Shown in pieces: positions 11,866-26,269 of a DNA stretch of 64,000 nt (its first letter is position 1; each line of letters begins with the position of its first letter). A program made the translations under genes and the position numbers. Source of the stretch: Malacoraja senta (Eukaryota). The stretch lies in assembly GCA_038087875.1 (NCBI GenBank), contig CM075988.1, positions 2,108,001 to 2,172,000 of the forward strand, read 5' to 3'. The notes beneath the pieces were generated by a model. The model saw only the letters and a program-made list of their open reading frames with translations, did no database searches and was not told where the DNA came from.

Positions 11866-13460
11866 TATAACCATATAACCATATAACAATTACAGCACGG
11901 AAACAGGCCATCTCAGCCCTTCTAGTCCATGCCGAACACTTACTCTCACCTAGTCCCATCTACCTGCACTCAGACCATAACCCTCCATTCCTTTCCCGTC
12001 CATACACCTATCCAATTTATTTTTAAATGATAAAATCGAACCTGCCTCCACCACTTCCACTGGAAGCTCATTCCACACAGCTACCACTCTCTGAGTAAAG
12101 AAGTTCCCCCTCAAGTTACCCCTAAACTTTTGTCCCTTAATTCTCAAATCATGTCCTCTTGTTTGAATCTTCCCTACTCTCAATGGAAAAAGCTTATCCA
12201 CGTCAACTCTGTCTATCCCTCTCATAATTTTAAAGACCTCTATCAAGTCCCCCCTTAACCTTCTGCGTTCCAAAGAATAAAGACCTATCTTGTTCAACCT
12301 TTCAATGTAACTTAGGTGCTGAAACCCAGGCAACATTCTACTAAATCTCCTCTGTACTCCCTGTATGTTGTTGACATCTTTCCTATAATTTGGCAACCAA
12401 AATTGTACACCATACTCCAGAATTGGCCTCACCAATGCCTTGTACAATTTTAACATTACATCCCAACTTCTATACTCAATGCTCTGATTTATAAAGGCCA
12501 GCACACCAAAAGGTTTCTTTACCACCCTATCTACTTGAGATTCCACCTTCAGGGAACTATGCAGTTATTCCTCGATCCCTCTGTTCAACTGCATTCCTCA
12601 ATTTGCTACCATTTACCATGTACGTCCTATTTTGATTTGTCCTGCCAAGATGTAGCACCTCACACTTATCAGCATTAAACTCCATCTGCCATCTTTCAGC
12701 CCATTCTTCCAAATGGCCTGAATCTCTCTGTAGACTTTGAATATCTACTTCATTATCCACAACACCACCTATCTTAGTATCATCTGCATACTTACTAATC
12801 CAATTTACCACACCATCATCCAGATCATTGATGTATATGACAAACAACAGTGGACCCAACACAGATCCCTGAGGCACCCCACTAGTCACCGGCCTCCAAC
12901 CTGACAAACAGTTATCCACCATTACTCTCTGGTATCTCCCATTTAGCCACTGTTGAATCCATCTTGCTACTCCACTATTAATACACAACAATTGAACCTT
13001 CTTAACCAACCTTCCATGTGGAACCTTGTCAAAGGCCTTACTGAAGTCCATGTAGACAACATCCACCGCTTTACCTTCATCAATTTCCCTAGTAACCTCG
13101 TCAAAAAATTCAAGAAGATTAGTCAAACATGACCTTCCAGGCACAAATCCATGTTGACTGTTCCTAATCAGACCCTGTTTATCCAGATGATTATATATAT
13201 ATTATCTCTAAGTATCCTTTCCATTAATTTGCCCACCACTGACGTTAAACTAACAGGTCTATAATTGCTAGGTTTACTCTTAGAACCCTTTTTAAACAAT
13301 GGAACAACATGCGCAGTACGCCAATCCTCCGGCACCATTCCCGTTTCTAATGACATTTGAAATATTTCTGTCATAGCCCCTGCTATTTCTACACTAACTT
13401 CCCTCAATGTCCTAGGGAATATCCTGTCTGGACCTGGAGACTTATCCACTTTTATATTTT
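11866..13460 (-). mobile_element. Nested 5'-truncated CR1 LINE of a different subfamily
   Basis: KSPGPD, DFSKAFDKVPH, GVPQGSVLGP, YADDTK; 3' tail is (GTTATATG)n at 11866-11890. Confidence 0.9.
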
Positions 13461-14070
13461 GTGCGGGACCTTATCAAAGCCTTTCTGAAAGTCTAGATAC
13501 ACTACATCCACTGGCTCCCCTTCATCCATTTTACTTGTCACATCCTCAAAAGATTCCAGAAGATTAGTCAAGCATGATTTTCCTTTCATAAATCCATGCT
13601 GACTTGGACTAATACTTTTACTGCTATCCAAAGGCCCCATTATTACCTCTTTAATAATTGACTCCAGCATCTTTCCCACCAACGAAGTCAGGCTAACTGG
13701 TCTGTAATTCCCCGTTTTCTCTCTCGCTCCTTTCTTGAAAAGTGGGATAACATTAGCTATCCTCCAATCCACAGGAACAGATCCTGAATCTATTGAACAT
13801 TGGAAAATAATCACCAATGTGTCTACTATTTCTAGAGCCACCTCCCCGAGGACCCTGGGATGCAGACCATCAGGCCCAGGGGATTTATTATCCTTCAGTC
13901 CCATTAGCCTACCCAATACTATTTCTTGCCTAATGAAAATTTCTTTCAGTTCCTCTACCCCCTTAGATCCGCTGTTCTCGTACTTCTGGGAGATTGTTTG
14001 TGTCTTCCTTAGTGAAGGCAGATCCGAAGTACCTGTTCAACTCTTCTGCCATTTCCTTGTTCCCCATAAT

Positions 14071-17000
14071 AATAGTAAGATTAAATGAGAACTTACCTAA
14101 GTTTGAAGTTTGATCTTTATTTTATGAGGAGTTACGTACGTGATTACGTGAAGAACCCCGCCAGTGCGCCTGCGCGTCAATCTTCAAAGCAGCGGTGTGA
14201 AATCACAAAAAACAACAACCGAAGTAATATAGTCTCATAATAAAACGAGTAATACAAGAACTTCCATCTGACCTTTATGATAGAGGGTAGGGTCGTGGTG
14301 GGCATGTAATCACCTACGTAACTCCTCATAAAATAAAGATCAAACTTCAAACTTAGGTAAGTTCTCGTTTAATCTTATTATTTTATTTCGGAGTCACGTG
14401 AGTGACTACGTGAAGATTTTAAAGCTTTGTGATTTCATGCCGTGGATCAATCCCGACTTCTCACTGCATAGATTGTCTTTTGCTCTGGCCGCCGACGTTT
14501 CTGCTGCCCTAGTCGAGTGAGATGTAAAAACATAAGTGTTAATACCAGCAGCTGTTAAGACTTCTTTTATCCATCTGGAAATACTGTATTGAAACTCTCT
14601 TGTGTGGTTTCTTGTCTGTGATCAACAACCCAGTTTCCGTATTCTCAAATTCTTTGTGACCTCAATGTATTGTAATAAATATGTCTTAATACAGAGACAT
14701 GGATCATTTGGATATGCTGCTAGCATAATTTTAAATCCTGTCACACCTGGCCTAATTTACTTTAGTAGGTCATAGATATAGAATGTAACCTTGTCTTCAG
14801 TTACTTCCATACTGTCTATTTGTAATTTTCCAAGTGTTTGCACTCGTTGTGCTGTCACTCATGCCATAAGCATGAATACTTTCATACTGAGCTTGACCAA
14901 AGGTAAAGACACACTTGATGACCATTCACGAAGTAGTTTCAGTACCACACTTACATCCCAGATTGTCACGTACCTAGGTTTCGGTGGTTTGCAATTAAAG
15001 ATTCCTTTCATTAGTCTGGAAACAATTGGGTGTGACCCAATTGAGTTTCTTTCTGAATCCAGAACCAAATATGAGGACAATGCACTTCTGGCTGAATTAA
15101 TTGCACTACAACTCAGACCTTCATCATAATAAAGTTTTGACAGAAATTCTAAACATTGAAATATCTGCAGTACTTTATTGCACATTCTTTTGTACACAGA
15201 ATTCTTCCCATTTCTTAATATGAGAAAGGTACTGTTTTTGAGTGCTCTTCCTCCAGGCTGCCGTAAGCATGTCCACAGTATGCTCAGACAGTCCTCGTCC
15301 CAGAAAAGGCATTCTTAAAACCTGCAAATCAACAAATCCAAACGATCATATAATGGATGTTGTTCCCCTGTACAGGGTGCAGCAATAAATTACTCTTTTT
15401 GGGGATTTTCATCAACATTTGTGTTGTTAATTCTAATATCAACGGATACCATGGCTGTGTAGGCCAATCTGGTACTACCAATACCCTTGAAGCAGCATCT
15501 TGCCTGATTTTAAGCAAACATTGGCTTATGAGGCAGAAAGGTGGAAATATATATGAAAACATACCACCCCAATGTAGCGAGAAAGCATCAATCGCCACTG
15601 CTCCTGGATCTGGTTTCCATGAGACATATCTCGATAGCTGATGATTCAAGTCAATGTCGGTCATTCCAAATCTGATTACTATATTATTGAATACCTCTTG
15701 ATTCAACATCCATTCTTTATTATCATGGAACTTTTCTTGACCTGGTGTCTGCTACGTGTTCATCGTGTTCATTCTACCTGGTAGATAGATAGTTGAAATC
15801 CAAATTTTCTTTTCAATACACCAAGACCAATGTTGATTTAACCATTTTGTCACATGACACCGACTTAATTCCACCCATATCATTAATATAGGCAACTACT
15901 GTTGTGTTTATTAATTTGAACTTGAACCTTCCTTTTAGTTGTGTTAGAACCATAAGCTTAGAGTCCATAGAAACCTCCTAAAAGCTACAAATAGGTAATT
16001 CCCCATGTCTGCAGTAACACGAACTTTTCCTGATTCCATCTGCCTCCGCAGCTCCATGTTAAGTCAGTTGCACCCCATCCTAGTGCACTGGCATCAGTTT
16101 GTAATATCATGGAATGTTGTTCAATCAGCACTTTGCCTGAACTGCTTGAGACATGTAGAATCCACCACTGCAGCTTAGAAACAGCATTTGTTGTTACTTG
16201 CATGGTTCTATCAAAATGACCAGCATTTACTCTCAGTGCCTGTTCTTTGATTCTCTGCAGCTGTTGATAATGTAATGGTCCATACTGGACTGCTGGGAAT
16301 CTACTAATTTTCCCAGTACTCGAGTCACCTGTCTGATTTGAGGTTTTTGCTCGTTTAACAGATTACTGCAATCTTTAATCAACTCCACCCTTTTTTCACT
16401 GGGCAAAATAATTTGCATTTGGGCTAAATCAATTGTGAACCCCAAATAATCAATCGAGGTACATGTTTTTAACCTTGATTTCTTTGGATGAATTTAGAAA
16501 ACCCCAAACTTTCAAAAGTTTGATTTTATTACTGCAACCGATGCTTCTGTTGACTGTTTTGTCCTTCCAATATTCAGGACATCATCCGGGTATGCCATTA
16601 GTACATGCCCCTGGCTCTCAGCAACCCCAGAATTGATTTTAACAATTTTATGAATATTCTGGGAGGGAACGTTAACCCATTAGGCAGAGCTTTGAACTGC
16701 CCTAATTGGTTCATCCATGTAAATTTAAGATACTTCATATCTTGCAAGTGAACAGACACTGAACAAAAGGATTCAGACTTGTCAAGTCTATAATAATCCT
16801 ACATCCTCCATCCTTTTTTGATCGAGGGAATATATTTGACCCAAATTGGTGAATTTGGTAGACTGATTCTTCAATAACACCTTTTATATATAGGGTTTTG
16901 AAGCGCAACTTGAACCTCCATTATCACAAAGTGGAGAGTTCTGCTAGGAACATGCTGGACAGGCAAATCATAATTTGGATTGAATTCAATTCGAAATCCT

Positions 17001-18620
17001 TGTATATTATTCAGAATTACCACATCTGAAGTAATCTTCTTCCAATGTTTATAGAAGAGACGTAATCTGCCTCCAACTTTTGGACTTAATCCAGTTAGTA
17101 TGTTCCCCTGAGAACCAGGTCCACCTACCTCTTGAGTCATTTGAGTATTCTAAGATCCCTGGATTCTCCCAGAAGCACCACCACTGGTCCTTACTCCCGC
17201 TGCAGGCCGCCAGCTACGTCCCTGCGTTGATGAGCGACTTGGTCCTGGTCTAGGCTCTGTATGACGTCTGAAAGGATACTTCCTCTTTACAGACTTTGCA
17301 ACCATTGATGTTTTTATCAATCCTGTTTTCGCTTCATCTTCCAACTCTTTAATACGTCTCCCGAGATCCTCTCCAAAGAGTAAGTTGGGTAATTGTATAT
17401 TACTTGGTTTGCAGAGTGCTGCGAATTTCGGATTCATAGTAGGCCGTATAGCACTTTCCTCAGATAATTGATCTCGAAGTGGGTGCTGCATAGCAACCCC
17501 AGTGCTTCCTGATGCAACTTCGTCATCTCTTGGCTGTTACCTGCTATTGTGGTAAAAGCAGTTATTCCAGAACCCAGCAGCTTTAATATTCTCTGCAACT
17601 GATTCCAGATAATTTGGTTCACTGCTGCTGCTTTCAGCAACCCACAGTTACTTGGGTTCTCCTGCTTTCTTGCAGTCTCATCCATCTCCTGCTGTTCCAG
17701 CTGATGGTAAACCAAGTAATTTATTAAGGAGGCCAGTTCTTCTCCTAATGGCTCTCCTGACCCTGACGGGGCAGCGAATCCTACTGCCAGGGGTGGAACA
17801 TCTGGCAGCTGCCGTTCATCGCCTTATCTAGCCTCACCGTCAGAGTCGGGTCTGAAATCTCATGACCCGTAGCACGCTCCTCATTCCTGAGGGTGTATTC
17901 CATCAGCCCTGAGCCAGGTGCTGTTAAGCTGCTTCCTGCAGCTTGGATTACAGTACACTCCTTCCTGAGTGAACATTGCTCCAACAGCCTATGGAAAAGG
18001 CTTTCTATTTGGGCAATACGCTCGAAAGCAGTATCTAGCCCTGTACCAGGAGCTGTTTGAGCTGCTGCCAGCAGCTTGGCTTTCAGTACACTCCTCCCTG
18101 AGTGAACTTTGCTCCAACAGCATATGTAAAAGGCTTTCTATTTGGGCAATACGCTCGAAAGCAGTATCTAGCCCTGGAGCTACTTCATTGCCTGGGACTC
18201 CCTCCGTGGGCCGTTGGGGTTTAAACTTTGTCTTTTGCCCGACAGGCGCTGACTGTGTTTTCACCAGCCCCAGGTCCACAGTCGCTATGCTCACCGCTAG
18301 CGACTGTACCGGGGTTTAGAGGCGGTTGGTCTCTAACCGCAGACTCCCGACTTTCCCGACTTCTGTCGGCTGTGTCGCTCGCCTCTTCCCCCTGTCCATT
18401 TTTTTCCATGGCGTCTGTGGAAAAAATCCCCATAGACCCACAGTAAACGGACCTGGAAAATATGAAAAAAGTTTCTACTTACCTTGTAGTTGAAAAACTA
18501 CAAACCACTGTAGGAGCTCTGCTCCTCACGTCCGTTTGCGTCAAGGCGTCTGACGTAATGACGCGCAGGCGCACTGGCGGGGTTCTTCACGGAGTCACTT
18601 ACGTGACTCCGAAGTAAAAT
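14071..18620 (-). mobile_element. DIRS1-type retrotransposon, copy B; structurally complete, decayed
   Basis: 5' end ATTTTACTTCGGAGTCAC at 18620; ITR pair ~14140-14180 and ~18558-18600; ICR ~14303-14415; gag, RT, RNase H (QTDASALGWG), MT-like (YIFPPF) and YR (SAINSARSALS, PPKPRY) remnants. Confidence 0.93.
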
Positions 18621-20384
18621 TTCACCCGTGTCTGGCTTCAAGGGACCCACATTTGACTTTGCTATTCTTTTTCTCTTAACACATCTAAAGAAGCTTTTAC
18701 CGTCCTTCTTTATATTCCTGGCCAGCTTCCCCTCGTACTTCATCTTTTCAGCCAGTATTCCCCGATTTGTTTCCTTCTGTTGTCCTATGAAAGTTTCCCA
18801 ATCCTCTGGCTTCCGGCTACTCTTTGCTGTTTTATACATCTTTTCTTTTAGTTTTATTCTATCCCTAACTTCTCTTGTCAGCCACAGATGCCTCCTACTC
18901 CCCTTAGAATCTTCCTTCCTTTTTGGAATGAAATGATCCTGCGTCTTCCGGATTATGACCAGAAATTCCTGTCATTGCTGTTCCACCGTCATTCCTGCTA
19001 GGATCCCTTTCCAGTCTACCTTGGCCAGCTCCTCTCTCATACCTTCATAGTCCCCTTTGTTCAACTGCATCACTGACACTTCGGATTTAACGTTCTCCTT
19101 CTCAAATTGCAGATTAAAATGAATCATATTATGATCACTACCTCCAAGCGGTTCCTTTACCTCGAGTTCTCTTATCAAATCTGGTTCATTGGACAACACT
19201 AAATCCAGACTTGCCTTTTCCCTGATCGGCTCCATTACAAGCTGCTCTAAGAATCCATCTCGGAGGCATTCTACAACTCTCTTTCTTGGGGTCCTGAACC
19301 AACCTGATTTTCCCAGTCTACCTGCATATTGAAATCCTCCAGCACCACAGTGGCATTACCGTTGTTACATGCCAGTTTTAACTCCTGCTGCAACTTACAC
19401 CCTACATCCGGGCTACTATTTGGGGGTCTGTAGATAACACCAATTAGTGTCTCCTTGACTTTGCAATTCCTCAACTCAATCCACAGTGACTCTACCTCGT
19501 CAGTCCCTATGTCTTCCCTCGCAAGGGACTGAATTTCATCCCTCACCAGCAGAGCTACCCCCTCCTCTGCCCACCTGCCTGTCCTTTCTATAGGATGTAT
19601 AACCCTGAATATTAAGTTCCCAGGCCCGATCCTGCTGCAGCCACGTCTCGGTAATCCCCACAATGTCATATCTACCAACCTCTAACTGAGCCTCAAGCTC
19701 ACGTACTATACTTCTTCTACTTTGCACATTCAAATACAATACTTTTAATTCCTTACGCATCTCACCTTTCACATCGATCCCTGTTACACTTGGCCATACT
19801 CTCCTATCCCTTAGTGAGCTTTCTTTCCCATTAATTCTGGGGTCATTAACTATCCTTTACACCCTTTCCCTTTAACTCCGTCATTGACTATCCCATTTGA
19901 CACCCCCTCCCTTATTCGCAGAGGCAAACCTGCCTGCCAGAATGCAGGTCCCCCACCTGTTAAGGTGCAATCCGTCCCTTTTGTACAGTTCCCCTACTCC
20001 AAACAGATCCCAGTGATCTAAGAATCTAAATCCCTGCCCCCTGCACCAGTTCCTCAGAGCATGGCAACTCTTTGAGCGCTTTTCCCAGAAGTGGACAGCA
20101 CTTTAGTCAACATGGGTTGTTTTTAAATGTGCTTTATAAATAAATTTGTTTTGATTAGATTTTGGAACTGCTATCATTGGATACTATTGTTTTACTCTTT
20201 TAAATCTATTTTCCCCGTTGCTCTACCTAGTGAACGAGTTTGAGTTAATTGTATTTTTGTACCGCATTATCTGATCTTGCAAAACAAATATGTTCAATGT
20301 ATCTCGTTACACGTGACAATAATATAGCTAACCTAATCCTACATTCACAACCACGTAATTAATTTATCTAAGAAAGAGTAAGAA

Positions 20385-22070
20385 ACATCGAAACAGAAAA
20401 ATAGGTGCAGGAGTAGGCCATTCAGCCCTTAGAACCAGCTGATCATGGCTGATCATCCAAAATCAGTACTCCATTCCTGCTTTCTCTCCATATCCCTTGA
20501 TCTCGTTAGCCCTAAGACCTCTATCTAACTTTCTCTTGAAAACATCCAGAGAATTGGCTCCACTGCCTTCTGAGGCAGAGGATTCTACAGAATCACAATT
20601 CTCTGGGTGAAAAGGTTTTTCCTCATCTAAATTGCCTACCCCTTATTCTTAAACTGTGACCACTGGTTCTGGACTCCACCAACATCAGGAACATTTTTCC
20701 TGCATCTAGCCCGTCCAACGCCTTAAGAATTTTATATGTTTCGATAAGATCCCCTCTAATCCTTCTAAATGCCAGTGAATATAAGCCCAGTCGACCCATT
20801 CTTTCATCGTATGTCAGTCCCTTCATCCCGGGAATTAACCTGGTTAACCTACGCTGCACTTCCTCAATAGCAATAATGTCCTTCCTCAAATTAGAAGGCC
20901 AAAACTGCTCACAATACTCCAGGGTCCTGCACAACTGCAGTAGAACCTCCTTGCTCCTAAATTCAAATCCTCTCGCAATAAAGGTCAACATGCCATTAGC
21001 TTTCTTCACTACATGCTTACTTTCAGTGACTGACGTACAAGGACACCCAGGTCTCGTTGCACCTCCACTTTTCCTAATCTGACACGATTCAGATAATAAT
21101 CTGCCTTCCTGTTCTTGCTACCAAAGTGGATAATCTCACATTTATCCACATTATACGGCATCTGCCATGCATCTGCCCATTCACCCAACCTATCCAAGTC
21201 ACCCCGCAGCCTCACAGCTCACACAGCTACCCAGCTTTGTGTCATCTGCAAATTTGAAGATGTTACATTTAATTCCCTTGTCTAAATCGTTAATATATAT
21301 TGTAAATAACTGGGGTCCCAGCACCAAGCCTTGCAGCATCTCACTAGTCACTGCCTGCCATTCTGAAAAGGACCCGTTAATTCTTACTCTTTGTTTCCTG
21401 TCTGCCAACGAGTTCTCTATCCATGACAATACCATGTTCTAATTTTGCACACTAATCTTATGTGGGAACTTGTCAGAGGCTTTTTGAAAGTCCAGATACA
21501 CCACATCCACGGGCTCTCCCTTGTCCATTCTACTTGTTACACCCTCAAAAAATTCCAGAAGATTAATCAAGCATGATTTCCCCTTCATAAATCCATGCTG
21601 ATTTTGACCGATCCTGTCACTGCTTTCCAAATGCACTGCTATTACATCTTTAATAATCGACTCCAGCATCTTCCCCACTACCGATGTAAAACTAACTGGC
21701 CTATAATTCCCCATTTTCTCTTCCTCCTTTCTTAAAAAGTGGGGTTACATTGGCTATCCTCCAGACCACAGGAACTGATCCAGTCGAGAGAACATTGAAA
21801 AATGATCATCAATGCATCCACGATTTCTAGGGCCAACTCCTTGAGTACTCTGGGATGCAGACTCTCAGGCCCTGAGGATTTATCTGCCTTCAGTCCCAAC
21901 AGTTTACCTAACACCATTTCCTGACCAATGTGGATTCCCTTCAGTTCCTCCCTCCCGCTAGATCCTCGGTCCCCTAATATTTCTGGGAGATTGTTTGCGT
22001 CTTCCTCAGTGAAGACCAAACTCATTTAACTGGTCTGGAAACAAACTTTCCTTGTTTCCCATTATAAATT
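20385..22070 (-). mobile_element. CR1 LINE, 5'-truncated RT region
   Basis: NYRPVS, QHGFMKGKSC, FADDTK and a CR1 3' UTR. Confidence 0.88.
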
Positions 22071-23029
22071 CCAGCTCCCATCCCTGTGGTACAACCAGGG
22101 TCGCAGTCTTTCAATTTCAAAACAACCCATCACCCTCTGTCTCCTATTACCAAGCCAACTTTGGATCAGAGTTACCAACTTGCTGTGTATCCCATGGACT
22201 CCCATGTTCCCACATTTTAGACTAACCTTCCATGTGGGACTTTGTCAAAGGCCTAACTGGATCAATGGCCCTGACCCATCTGAGTCGAATTAGTCAGACA
22301 GAATCTCCCACCAACTAAACCATGCTGGCTATCCCTGATTAATTCCTGTCTTTCCTATCACTGATATTAACTCGGGGGACTTGGTATTGAATTTAACTGC
22401 TTCATGTATGTGCCTTTCAGTTTGACCTGCAACTTTTTTGTTTTGTTTTGTGTCACTAACTGCTGGCTTTCAAAGTAATTGTTACTTAACAACTTTGAAC
22501 TACACCCAATCACAGACATTGTTCCAATCAATGTTCTCTCCACCATTCCTCTCTCTGCAACTTAAAACACTTGTTTTCTCATTTCTCCAGTTGTGTGGAA
22601 GGATTCCTGACCTAAAATATTGACCCTGTTTCTCAACCCATCGATACTGCATGGCCTGCTGAGTCTTCCAGCACTTCCTAATTTTGCTTAACCCTGAAAC
22701 TATTGGCCATAAAAAATAAGTGGCACATGATTTATTATTCTATGCCATCAGTGATTGCAGAGACAACGGACTAGGCTTTGACTCAAGCCCTCTGAGAGAA
22801 GCTGGGGAAGCAATCCATTAAATGAATGAGGTGTTCTATCTGATCTCAGCGGGGACGATGAAGCAGCAATGGGTACTCTTGGTATCAATTGGGATCATGA
22901 AAATGGTAATATGGAAAGAGGAAGGATGTGATTTTTCTTTGGAACGGGTGCAGAAGAAATTCATCGGGATGTTACTAGGGATGGGTGTCACAGTTATGAG
23001 GAGAGACTGGATGGGTGGGTTTGTTTTCC

Positions 23030-23450
23030 AGGAGCGGAAAAGAATGCAGAAAGTTGTGCCCAGTCCATCATCGGCTCTGACCTCCCCACCATCGAAGGGA
23101 TCTATCGCAGTCGCTGCCTCAGAAAGGCTGCCAGCATCATCAAGGACCCACACCATCCTGGCCACACACTCATCTCACCGCTACCATCGGGTAGCAGGTA
23201 CAGGAACCTGAAGACTGGTACATCCAGGTTCAGGAACAGCTCCTTCCCCAAAGCCATCAGGCTATTAAACTCGCCAACAACCAGACTCTGAACTGTAACA
23301 GCCTATTGTACTTTATCTGTTTATTTATGTGCATATTGAATTGAACTGAACTGTTCTGTATTTATACTTCCAATATTCTGTTGTGCTGCAGCAAGCAAGA
23401 ATTTCATTGTCCTATCTGGGACATGTGACAATAAACTCTCTTGACTCAAC
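23030..23450 (+). mobile_element. Rex1/Babar-like LINE 3' fragment
   Basis: Encodes RCLRKAASIIKDPHHPGH..ISPLPSG..YR and RFRNSSFPKAIRLLN; ends GACAATAAA. Confidence 0.65.
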
Positions 23451-24844
23451 TTGTTTTCATTTGGAATAAAGAAGGATGAGGGGGATCTAGAGGCGCATGT
23501 TATGATGGTCATAGGTCAACAAGGAACTGCAGATGCTGGTTTACAAAAAAAGACGCAAAGTGCTGGAGTAACTCAGTGGGTCAAGCAGCATCTCTGGGTC
23601 ATACATAGAAAAGATAGGGATAAACTTTTTCTCATAGTAGAGGGGTCCACAAACAAAGTGCAAAGATTTAAGCAAAAGACAAACTGCTCAAGGAGCTCAG
23701 TTGGTCAAGCAGCATCGGTGGAAGCAAATGGATGGTCAAAGTTTTGGGGCGAGACCCTGCATCAATCCCATTTTTTTCCTCCAGATTCTAGTATATGCAG
23801 TCCCTTGTGTTTACACCGATTTAAAGTAAGAGGGAATATAAGGAAGAATTTCCTTTCTCGCAGCAGGTGGATGGTTTTTGTAATGCACTGCCTGAGATGA
23901 TGGTGGACATAGAGACTCACTACATTTCCGATGTATCTAGACAAGCATTTGAAAGGCCAAAGTAGATAGGTCTACGGTTCAAGTGCTGTTACATGGATGG
24001 GGAGCGCTGGTTCTCAGCTGTATGACTGAGTAACTCAATACCCATTGATATCAATATTTCCAGTGCTCCTTCATGCCACACACTCAATCAACTGCTTCAC
24101 CAGTAGGACCGCAGCGGTGGAGGAAGTTGGCTCTCAAACCCTTTATCCTTTTCTCCACTATGAATGCACTCAGCTGCCACTGAAATGTGTCTCCTCTCTT
24201 CTCTGCAATATCAACTTCCACATTCTCACCACTCTGAGTAAAGCTTTTTTTCTGAAAGTGCTTCAAGATTTATGAATATTTAGTGAAAAAGTTTCCTGAT
24301 ATCAACCACTTCAAACACTTTTAATATCTTAAAGGCCTCAGAATTTTTCTTTCTGAAGAAACGAAAGAAGCCTGGGTAGCTTTCCCTCATGAAAAAATCA
24401 GAAATTCCACAGAAGACAACCCAGCAATAGTGGGCTAACCAAGTTAATAGAACTCCCTGGTGTTGAATTCTGTTCAAAATAATCCTCTGTGGAACTTTGG
24501 TAAAAGATGCATTACTTTTAATATAAATTCTATAAGAGCTGGATGTTGCAAAGGTTGCTATAGTTACTGCAATTTCCACTTTCATTGGTCACTTCTATTA
24601 TTTGTTCATAAGCATTTTTCTTTTCTATTCTTTTCAAAGCCTCTCATCATCTGGAAACTAGTTCACCTCTTGTGTCATGGTGTCAGGCCAATAACTTTGC
24701 CCTTAATGTCAACAAGAAAATAGTTGTTTGTTGATCTAAGGTAGTGAACACAACCCTTCTGTTGACAGCTACTGCGATGGTTGACAGCTTCAAATTCCGA
24801 GGTATCCATATGACAAGCCACCTAACCTGGTCCCTTCTCAGTGA

Positions 24845-25137
24845 CTTTAGACTTTAGAGATACAGCGCGAAACAGGCCCTTCGGCCCACCGAGTCCACAC
24901 CGACCAGCGATTCCCGTGCACTAGCACTGTCTTACACACTAGGGACAGTTTACAATATACAGAAGCCAAATTAACCACAAACTAGTACGTCTTTGGAGTG
25001 TGGGAGGAAACCAAAGCACCCGGATAAAACCCATGCGACCACAGGGAGAACATACAAACTCCATAGAGAGAGCACCCGTAGTCAGGATTGAACCCGGATC
25101 TCTGGTGCAGTAAGGCAGCAGCTCTACTGCTACGCCC
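24845..25137 (-). mobile_element. HE1/V-SINE-like SINE
   Basis: B box GGGTTCAATCC on the minus strand; collinear with 7090-7390; tail (CTAAAGT)n. Confidence 0.8.
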
Positions 25138-25159
25138 TTTAATTTCTTAGTGCATTTAC

Positions 25160-26185
25160 TTTCTTAGGCATCTGAGAAGATTCGGCATGTCATTGAGGAT
25201 TCTCTTGAAGTTCTGCAGACGAACTACAGAAAGTATTTTGATAGGATGCTTCGCAACCTGGTATGACAACTGCTCTGCTCTTGATTGCTTCAACCTATAG
25301 AGAGTTCTGAACACAGCTCTGTTCATTGCAGGCTCATCACCATCCCATCCAGTCCAACACTATAGTGCGTTGGATCAGGAAGGCTGGAAGCATCGTCAAG
25401 GATGCCCGTCGGGACGGAAGATGGTCCAGAACTAAATGTGTTTCAAAAGAATCTAATAGACTATGGGTTATTAACTGGAAAAAAGCTAATTCTAAAATTT
25501 TGGAAGAAGGCTCCAATACCAACTATAAACATGTGGATTTCAAATATGTTCGAAACATTACACCTAGAAGAGATAAAACTCCTCCTAGCAGGTAAACCAG
25601 ATCACTTCCACCTGACGTGGTCTGCATTTATAGAATTATTACAAATATAGGGTGCAAAGTTACCTTAAAAAAAATTGAGGTCCGGTAAGGGGGGATGATA
25701 GTTGAAGAGTTGGTATGTCCCATTTGCGTAATGCTCATAAAAAATATTTGTTTCTCTCTTTTTCCTCTTTATCTTTCTCCTTCTTTTCTAGGGTCTATTT
25801 CTTAACTCTTTTTCTTTTGTTTTTAATTTTGTTCTTATAGGGTCTTCGTCCTTTTTTGTTGTCACATTTTCTACACTCTCACTTTTTCCTTCACTTTCTT
25901 CTTTCTTTCTTTCAATCTTATCTTTTCCTTTTACTAGTGTAAAAAACAAATGGAGTACATTAATTGTAAGAAGACATAAGTGATGAGTACTAATGTATGT
26001 GGTTGTAATGTAATGTACTTCTAATAAATAAAAATTAAAAAAAATAAAATTTAAAAAAAGGATGCCTGTCAACCTGGCCATTCCTGTCTCCTCCACTTTC
26101 AGGGAGAAGGTACAGGAGCTTGAATGCTTGGATGTCCAGACATAAGAACAGCTTTGTCCACACCACTATCAGACTCCTAAACTAA
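25160..26185 (+). mobile_element. Old Rex1-like LINE fragment, split by an L1 insertion
   Basis: WYDNCSA...RKAGSIVKDA continues after 26070 with GHSC..PL.GRRYRS-like sequence. Confidence 0.55.
25411..26057 (+). mobile_element. 5'-truncated L1-clade LINE with 13-bp target-site duplication
   Basis: ORF2 C-terminus LLTGKKLILKFWK..PTINMW..LHLEEI..W; T-rich UTR and A-rich tail; TSD AAGGATGCC(C/T)GTC at 25398-25410 and 26058-26070. Confidence 0.88.
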
Positions 26186-26269
26186 TCATCTCCTTCACTC
26201 TTCTTTCCCAGAGGTGCTGTCACGTACTCTTACTCTGAATTCTATCTCATTTGGTTATTCCATTATTAT

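Larger units (their letters stand above)
10715..20058 (-). mobile_element. CR1 LINE (ORF1 esterase C-terminus, APE, RT, 3' UTR) hosting a nested CR1 and a nested DIRS
   Basis: ORF1 DGLHLN motif near 19960; APE VLYLNV..GITETWL, SDHN; RT GVPQGSVLGP, FADDTK; sequence is collinear across 11865/13461 and 14070/18621. Confidence 0.93.

Noticed and set aside
10891..11886. Long antisense ORFs over CR1 copies (also 60324-61349 and 29575-30018)
   Set aside because: Shadow frames of CR1 ORF2, repeated only because the copies are homologous
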